Origin: an uncultured Planctomycetia bacterium
Lineage (GTDB): Bacteria > Omnitrophota > Gorgyraeia > Velamenicoccales > JABMQK01
Direction of reading: 5' to 3'
Assembly: GCA_964520705.1 (NCBI GenBank)
Contig: CAZFPS010000002.1
Coordinates: 1 to 50,804, forward strand
DNA length: 50,804 bases
How positions within the stretch are numbered: position 1 is the first letter of the stretch; each line of letters opens with the position of its first letter. Of this stretch, positions 40,601 to 49,600 are shown one piece after another. Both the position numbers and the translations under genes were made by a program. The notes beneath the pieces were generated by a model. That model saw only the letters and a list, made by a program, of their open reading frames with translations, was not told the origin of the DNA and did no database searches.

Positions 40601-43600
40601 AAATCCAGCAGCCCGATACATCAAGCTTATAAAGAGAGAAATCAGTCTTTAGCTTCGCGTCTTGCAAAAATATCATTTATCCCCGCGGTTTGTATTGTTA
40701 TTTCCTGGTTTTCAGGTGATTTATATATTTCTTCCGTAAAGGCCTCTTTTTTGAGTGGATTAGCTATAGCTGGTATCGTGGGAGGTATAGCACGGGGTTG
40801 TGGGAGCTTTATTAGTCAGACGATAAGAAGGGAAGATGTTGATTGGGTTAAGGTGAGGCGCTGGATAATTGCAGGTGTAGCATTCAATGGGTTGATAGGT
40901 TTTGGTCTATGGTTTTGGTTCCAAGCCAACTTTATAAGTAGCAATTTATTAAAAGTGTTAATTGATTTAACTGCCTATACCATAATCGTAGTTTTACCTA
41001 TAAATTTCTTAATCCAGAAATATTTTATCTACAGAGAGGATAAAGCAAAAGTAAATTGGGAGAAAACCCTGAAAGATTTTATGCGTATTTATACCTTTAG
41101 CACTTTGTATTGGGGACCCGCTTTATTTATTGGATGGACCTTCTGGCCTGAAAAAATTGTACTTATTGCCGCAAATATGACAGTAATCTGGAGCGGGATA
41201 TTAATATATTTGTTAGATTTATGGATAAGTAAAATGCAGGTAAGCAGAAACGCGTCTCTCAATAATAATAGATCCTCTAGCTCACCGGTTGAAGTTAAAG
41301 ATATTACCTCCTTTATCCAGGGTGAAATTTATAAACTCGCGAAATTTATTTCTAAAGTCGGTCTTAAGTATGACCCAGAAGGCTTTGGCTACATTACTTT
41401 TGAAGAGGATGGCGAAGGAAGGGCTCCCAGGTTTGGCGAAGAAATGAATACAGCATTAAAATCAATAGATAAGTTTGTCGAACGCCATTATGGGGAAAAC
41501 TTTGAATCATTCCAGAATCCAGTTATTATCTCTGGTATAGGCATAGGCGGTCAGACTACCTGCGCGGTTCCGGCCTTGGGTTTTGTCGTAAAACACGGAA
41601 ACAGATTATTATATGTATGCGATTCTTTTGGGACTGATTACCGGGCCTTAGAAGAAAAGTGGCTGCAGGCCTTAAGAGATAATCCAAAAACAAAAATTCT
41701 CTGGGTAGTGGGTTCAAAATCCGGCAGTACTGATGAGACTATGGTTAACTTCCAGATGAATCTGAAGACGATGATCAGGATCTGGTCAAGGTTTATATAT
41801 GGAGACAAGGAAGTGGATAAAATCACAGAAGGGCTTTTTGTTAAATTATTTGATGGAAAGCCGCTCTCTGAGAAAAGATTCGCCAGCCTTAATCTAACTA
41901 CGGAGCAACTTCAAATTCTGCGGATTGTGTTTAAGAATTTGATTATTGTTACGGGTAGTAAGGAATCGGGTTCCAGATTAGCAGGATTGAAAGTCTTATT
42001 TGATGAACTTTATGATAAGGAAGAAGATAAAGTTATTTCAATTACTATGCTTAATAATCTAGGCGGAAGGTTCCAGGGCTTAAGCCCTAATTCCTTTATC
42101 TATAATGCGCTTTTAGGCATGAATGTAAGAGCCATGCTTGAGGTAGCCAGAGAGGTAGCTATTCTGCAAAGGACAGAATCTGTTTATAGGTCAAAAAAAG
42201 AGGCTATAAATCTATGGCTTAGCAAAGTACAGCATTTATTGATCGCTGTACCCAATGACATTATCTTTGGTCGTCTAGCAGAAGCCTTGGGCCAGATGGT
42301 TCCGGAGAGCACTGGTAAGGGAAGAAGAGCGAAAACACCGGTAGGCATACAGACTTATGCCTATGACTCAGCGGTAATAAATAAAGCTTTTAAGGATATC
42401 AAGCCAGCCGATAAAGCTTACTTAGTATTGGATATTAAAGGAAATGAACCCATAAAACTGGATAAAGAGATTGGAAGCAACAATTTGATTATCCGGTATG
42501 AGCTACAAGAAATATCCGAAACGGAATTAGCTAAATTAGTCCAATTTCTAGAAGATGTAACGGCAAACTTCGGTATATTTAATACTGCCAGGGCACTCTT
42601 GGATAAGTACGCTGAATTAGGCAGTCCGCAATCAGTAGATTTATTTAAGGAAGAGTCAATTATAAAGATTATGTTTACACCTAATGAAAAAGACCCTAAA
42701 TACGCGGCTTTAGATGGTGCGCATAAAGGACTAAATGGAGTTTTTAATGACATAACTCCTTTCCGTCAGCCGGATGTGGAATTTGCCAAAGAATTAGTCA
42801 AGGGTGGATTAGGTGTTAAACAATTCAATGATGCCGGGAATACGGATGAAAATAAACTTCCTGTAAGAGATGAGAAGCAAAGAGATTTAGCTTATAAAGA
42901 AGATAGCTTAAAAGTATCTCAGGGCGCAGTTTTAGACTTGAGTACCCTGGTTCTAAAAGTAAACAATAACCAAGAATATCAAATAGGCGCTCAGGCAGGA
43001 GCGACCCTCTTGCAGATTCTTGAAAGATTGCCTTACCAGTCCCGCGCGCCCAATACCAATAACAAAAAAGACGCAATCATTACACTTATTGATGAATTAG
43101 AATCCCTGCAGAAAGAAATCCTACGAACAGGCATGCCAATAGATTCCTACCAGGATATAGAGGCCCTTAAGAATAGAAGAAATGAATTCTTTGATAATAT
43201 CATAAGGCTCGCATCAGATACTCCATTAACTAGCCAGGAAGAAGAAACAGCTAAGCAGTTAGCTGTTTTAATGCTTAAAGCCCACAAGGATGCTAAGAGT
43301 CTGAATTTTGTGCTCTATGAAGATAGAAACATCCTTACTGAGATTATTAAGAAATTTGCCGATTTCTTAGGCCTTGACCGTTTTGATTTTGGCCCCGCAG
43401 AGCAGCACAAATCTTTCCAGCTTACATCAGGCGGTATAGATGTATCAACAGAGGTGCTTATCCAGTCTGTAAAAGATTTAAAAAAGGTGCAAAATACCGA
43501 AGAGCCCATTATCTATGATGGATGCGTACCTAATTATCTCCATGGTTTATATCCTTCTGAAGTTGGAACCATATACTTAAGGGCTTATACCAAGAGGTTT

Positions 43601-46600
43601 AGCGAAGTTCGGACCGAGGCAGTAGTGTTGATGGCTAAAGATTTAACCGAAAAAGAAAACATAGCCAGCCTGATGGTTTTATTTACTAGGATGATGGAGG
43701 TTTATAGAGGAGTAAACTCCAGCTCGCCGGTTGAGGAAAAAAGAAGTGCTTTCGATTCTTTGATTGTTTGTATGGATAAATATACTCGAAATTATTTATT
43801 CAATGTCTTAACCCTTGGTGTGATGGCCGGGATATTCTTAGGATTAGGTTTATATCCTGAAAAAATAGCCAGCGGACAAGCCAGCGGTTATTTGAATATA
43901 TGGCTAGAGGCAGTCAGGACGACTATTTTTAATATAGAGGTTTTGTGGAAGACATTCGTTGGGTTTTTTGTTTTTGGGGTCATGACGGATTATTTAGCCA
44001 AGCGTACTAATAGAGAGGAGTATTCTTGGAAGGCCTTTAAAGGGGCCACAATGTATGCCTTATTGAAGTTTCTTATTGTGCCGGCATTCTTTATCGCGAT
44101 TGCTCCGTTTAATAAATTTGTGCGTGGTTTTATTTCAGGGCTCTTGCTTAGTTACCTTCTTTTAAATATCCGGGCAAAGACATTTTATACCAAGCATCAG
44201 AACGGAAATGCGGGAGTGTTAAAGACCCAGCGCGCATATGAGATGTATTGGTTGACGCGCCTATGGATTTTTGGACAGAACTTTATTGTGCAAATTCTCT
44301 TTCCCATTGAACGTAGGGCGTTAGCAAATGTTATTATTTCGCAGTTACATTCCTTATATAACAGTTATGGGTTGCATGAACAGAAGGCTTCGCTGATTGA
44401 AAGACAAGATTTAATGGAGTCAATTAGACGGTCACTCTTTATAAAATGGCTCAGGAATGTCCAAAACGGCATAGAAGGTTTAACATCCGTTAAGCTTGGT
44501 AGGCCATGGGATAATTCGGCAGCGCTGTTGGTACATGGTCTTGTTGCGCCGTTCACTTTATTAGCAAATAAATTGAATGCAAGGCTACGGATTGCACGTA
44601 TTTCCAGGCTGGGAGAGAAAGATGAAGGTACCGCCAATTTTAGCATTAGTTCCATCCCAGAGGTAATCAAAGATTTAAAGCAAGGCAGGATGATTATTAT
44701 AGTTGATGATGCAAATCGTGAGAATGAGGGCGATCTTATGATTGCCGCCCAGAAGATTACTCCTGAGGCAATCACTTTTATGGCTAAAGAGGCAAGCGGG
44801 CTTATCTGTATGCCTATGGAGGCTAAGAGATTGGATGAGTTAAAGATTGGGCTGATGTTTAAGGGGAGCGGTGACAAGCAGGGAACCGGGTTTACGGTTT
44901 CTGTTGATGCCAGAGAAGGGACCACTACCGGCATCTCTGCCTCTGATCGCGCTCAGACAGCTAAGGTTTTGATTAATCCAGCAACTAAGCCTGAAGACTT
45001 AAACCGTCCCGGACACATGTTTCCTCTGCGGGCCAGAGAGGGAGGGGTGTTGGAAAGAGCCGGACATACCGAGGCCTCAGTTACTTTAGCAAAATTAGCC
45101 GGCCTTTATCCGGCAGCGGTAATCTGTGAAATTATGAACGAAGATGGGACTATGGCTCGCCTGCCGCAGCTGGTGGAGTTCTCCAAAAAGTATAATCTAA
45201 AGATTGCTACTATAGCTGATTTAATTAAATATGTATCCGGCGCCACTTCTAGCTCACCGGTTGATAAAGACAAGAAGAATATAGAACCGTCCCCGATTTT
45301 ACAAGATTCTAAAAAGTTCTCTGTTCCGCTTACTCGGCTGATCGGAGAGTTGCAGAAAGAGCGCGCGATGGTTTGTTCTATCCAGTCGCGGTGGGAGCCG
45401 GCAGTAGCGGTAACAATTTTCGGAAGCGCGCGTATTTCTGAAGAAGATCCTTACTACCAAATCGGCGTTAATTTGGGAAGAGCTATATATAACCACGGTA
45501 TGGTTATTCGCACAGGCGCAGGCCCGGGAATGATGGATGCGCCATTCAGGGGGTATATAGAAGCCAGGGAATCTTCGGGCGTAGAAAAAACAGAAGAAAA
45601 TGCAACTCAAGGCGTAAGAATCACTCTTCCTTTTGAACAAGAAGCTTCTCCTTACTGCGAAGATATCCTGACATATTCTCACTTTATTAACCGTAAATTA
45701 GCTCTTTGTGAAAATATTATAGGAACTATTGTTTTGCCGGGCGGCTTTGGTACGATAGATGAATTATTCGAGAGTTTGCTTAGAGGCGTGCCGACAGTTC
45801 TTTTAGTCAAAAGTTACTGGCAGCCGATTATGGATGCTTTTGAGGAGAGTTGGGCGAGGGGCTCTTTACAGAAGAATATCGGACTGCGGTTTTTAATTAC
45901 AGATTCTATCGGAGAGGCCTTAGCGCACATCAAGAGTAACGCGCAGAATATTGAACTTATTAAGCCCGACCAAAATAAACTGGGGCAGGACAATAAGGAG
46001 ATTGAAGAAGGCCTGTTGCGGCTTAAGGGTTTACCGCCGACAGTTACCTTTGTCGGCCGGCCAGGAGAAGATTACTTTGGATTAGATATTGTTGGAGAAA
46101 TAGCCTTCCGCCTCTTGTCCTATGGTATCGCTATTCGTACAGCCAGCCGCGATGTATTATTCAAGCGGCTTTTAAAAACTACTCAGGATAATCATAAACT
46201 TAATTTACTGCAAGCTACTATTTTCTTGCCGGAAAAAGATATTCCTCTGACCGTAGAAGAACTAAGTTTAGGCAGGAATCTTATAGTTATCCAGGATATC
46301 TTTAACCATCAGGTTTTGATCACTGAAAATTCTTTGGGTTTTGTGTTTCTGCCCGGCGGGATAGGCACATTAAATAAATTATTTGATATACTCTGCGTAA
46401 TGCAGACGGGAAAAGTGTCCCGTAGGCCCATTGTGCTCATCGGTGGGGAATTCTGGCAGCCCATAAAGGATGCCATTGTAAATGCTACTCTATTTCGCTC
46501 GCCACCTTTGATTTCCGCGGGAGATGAGAACTTAATGCGTATTGTTGATACAACAGAACAGGCTTTGGAGATTTTAGGATTAGAACAGATTGCTAGTTCG

Positions 46601-49600
46601 CCGGTAGATCAAGGTATTGAGTCTCAAGATTTAGGAGAGTTAGGGTATATCGTTAGAAACATTCTAAGATATAAAAGAGCAAAGGCTGTAAAAGAAGATA
46701 AAAAAGGAAGATTGAATGCGCCTCAGCTTTTAGTAATAGCAATGTCCTTGTCGGTTATACTTAATAAAGAATATAAGCTAATTGAAGATATTGTTTTTAA
46801 AGAATACAGCCGTTTGTTGGATGAAGGAAAATCTGGATCAAGTCCTATACGGGCTTATCCTTTGAATGTCCCGGCGGCCGAGCAGAAAGAGGCATCAGTT
46901 AAATTTGGAGCGGATTTATTTGTCAGGTTATCTTTTATTCTCTATGGCAACAATTATGAAATAACTTTAAGCGAAGGACAAATGCACAAGGAGTGGGAAG
47001 AGGATTTAAGGGATTTAGCCTATAATTTATCTTCAAAGATTCGCGGCCCTCCTAGAAAACTTACCTTTTACATTTCTACTGATATAGAATTTACCGATTA
47101 CAGCGTTGCCGTAAGATTAACCGCAACCCACATAGTCCTGCACCCGTATTTCTTTAATCTATTCTCTGACTGTAAAAAGATCTGGCAGACTGAAATAATC
47201 CTAGATCTGCTGAATAAAAAATCAAAATCTTCATCTCCTCTGGGCTCCATAGTCAACACCTTTACCTCCAGCTCCCCCATCCAGCATCAGCTCGTCATCG
47301 ACCTTGTTTCTAATCAAATCATTCAGCGGCCTTCGGTTACCGGCAAGCGCATCTTGCGTAAAGAAGGCATTAGCGAAGGTATGGTTCTTGAGGGTATTGC
47401 TAACGGAACACTCAAGCTAATCTCTGAAAAAGCTTTTATCGAATCTTTAGATAGGTCTACTACCGGTATTGGTATCTCAGGCGGCGGCGACTGCGCCGGT
47501 ATAGCTGACTTCTTCCGTTCTTTAAGGTATAATCTAAAACCTGAATTAACCATGCTCGGTGTCAGGAATGCCGGTGAAGGCTTAATGGATAAAGACTTCT
47601 TAAGCAAGCTAATCTTAGTTGACCCTCTTTTAGCTGAAGACTTCCTCGGCCAATCCTCTACTCCCTACGGCTCTTCCCGCGAAGATCCTTTAAAAAAGAA
47701 TAAAGAAACCACGCAAAGGAATCTCTCCGGTTTTAAATTCTTCTATGGCACCGGCGGTAATGATCATTTAGGCCTCTTAGAGCGCTTCTCTCGATTGCTT
47801 CCAGAATTAGTGGTAGTAGGGACTTTTAAAAGTATTGATGGTGATGGTTGGGTTGCCGGCAGGCCTGCTCAGATGCTGGGTTTTTACACTGCAACCGGAG
47901 TTTACCAAAGGCAGCTTTGGGCAATTACCCAGAACGCCTATACTCATCAGCAGCGGCATGTGGTTGAGACTTTTGGCCGGGGTTGCGGCAAACTTGCCTA
48001 TGCTTCAAGCCGCAGATATCCAGAGAATTTTAATACACTCTCCAAAGAAGAGCAGCGTAAAATTATTGAATTCCGCGACCTGGTAATGATTATCGTTCCT
48101 GAAAAACCTACTTCTTTGCGTTCCATTGCCCAGGAAGCCAAAAGGATTAAGCAAGAACAGGGTGGAGTAGTGGTGGTAGTAGCCGAGGGTTTTATGCCTC
48201 CAGAATTAAAATCAGAGATCATCAGGCTTGGTTTAGATGAATCATTAAGAGACCGCTGGTTCAGGCATGACCTTCCTGTTGAAAGTATCTCTAGCCTTAT
48301 CCACAAAGAAGGAAGAGAGTCTCCGACTGATGACTTAAGTCTCATGCTTCAAGATCCGGAATTAGCTGCTCAATTTGCCAAGACCACCTGGCAGGCTAAA
48401 TTTGACCCCCATGGCAATGTCACTAAACTCGCTGGAATCACAAACTTCATCATCAAGGCCTTAGAAGTATTGGGCGGCGCTACTAAAGTCAACAGAGTCC
48501 TCTTTAATTACGGAGCCAGAGACGCTACCCCGGATGCTTATGATATTCATATGGGGGAAAAGATCGGTGTTGTCGCAGCGCAGCTTATTAATGACAATGT
48601 CATTGGCGGTAAAGCCGTAGTTTATTTTGAAGGGATGAATCCTAAAGAAGAAGAGCCTGAAGTTGTAGACTTAGTAGGTGTATCCGATAAGAACAACCTG
48701 AATAATCCGGACCTTTATACTGAAGAAGAATTAATTAAGAATGGAGTGTATTGGGAGAAAAAGACCAGCTCACCGGTAGTTCGAGATAACGCAGAGATGC
48801 TACAACTAATCTTTAATTTATTTAATTATTTTGACTGTCAGAATAAAATTCTTAGGCAACAGGTTTTATCTTTAAATAGGCCATTGAGTTTAGATGGGGA
48901 AGAGCCTGGTTACCTCGGGTATATTCCTTATGCTTATTATTATACTGATATTTTATATCTTATCTGGCGGTATTCCTCTTATCTAAATAAACAGCAAGAG
49001 ATAAAGGCCTTGGAGATTGGTTCAGGCGCAGGATGGTTCCTGTTGTTCCTTAAGGCCTTAAAAGAAAAGCCTCTAAAAGATAATCTGCGGCTGGAAGAAT
49101 TCCAGAAAAAGTTAATGAATATGGAATACGATAGATGGTTTAAAAAATTAAAAAGGCTGCTAGAAAATATGGAGTTTGAGGGGATTGATATTAATCTATA
49201 TCTTTGCCGCTTTGCCCAATGGAGAGGATTAAATGTATTAAATGCCGATATCTTGAATCCTCCTGTTTTAGATCATTACGACCTTACTTTTAGTGAAAAT
49301 GTATTAGATCTTTTGCAGGTTAATGGAAAGTTGTTTAAGCCCTATAACCCCGAAGCCAGCTTTGAATTAGGGAAAGAAGCATTGGTGAGGATCAGCCAAT
49401 TGACTAAGGCTGGAGGCTTAAGCATCCATACTTCTGATTTTGGCTTTCCTCTTAGAAGGGAAAGTATTAAAGAGTCTGGTTTTGAAATTTTAGAAGGCGA
49501 TCCGGCAGGAAGGATTCTTGTACTTCGTAAGGGTTACTCCAGCTCACCGGCGGAAAGAGATTTATCTTCGGCGATAAGCGTCTTCTCTAGTGTCTACTCC

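Noticed and set aside
44365-44934. The 189-aa minus-strand ORF. The many other minus-strand ORFs in the track are treated the same way, e.g. 4510-5013, 30922-31356, 32674-33084, 9028-9414, 45299-45682 and 12577-12933.
   Set aside because: They lie antisense to well-supported sense-strand domains (here RibB). Their translations are low-complexity S/L/P/T/I-rich strings with no motifs. Duplicated sense modules produce identical shadow ORFs. They are antisense shadows of a purine-rich coding strand, not genes.
49480-49561. A rho-independent terminator downstream of the toxin on the minus strand.
   Set aside because: I found no convincing GC-rich hairpin followed by a T-run in the minus-strand sequence beyond the toxin stop, so nothing is reported.
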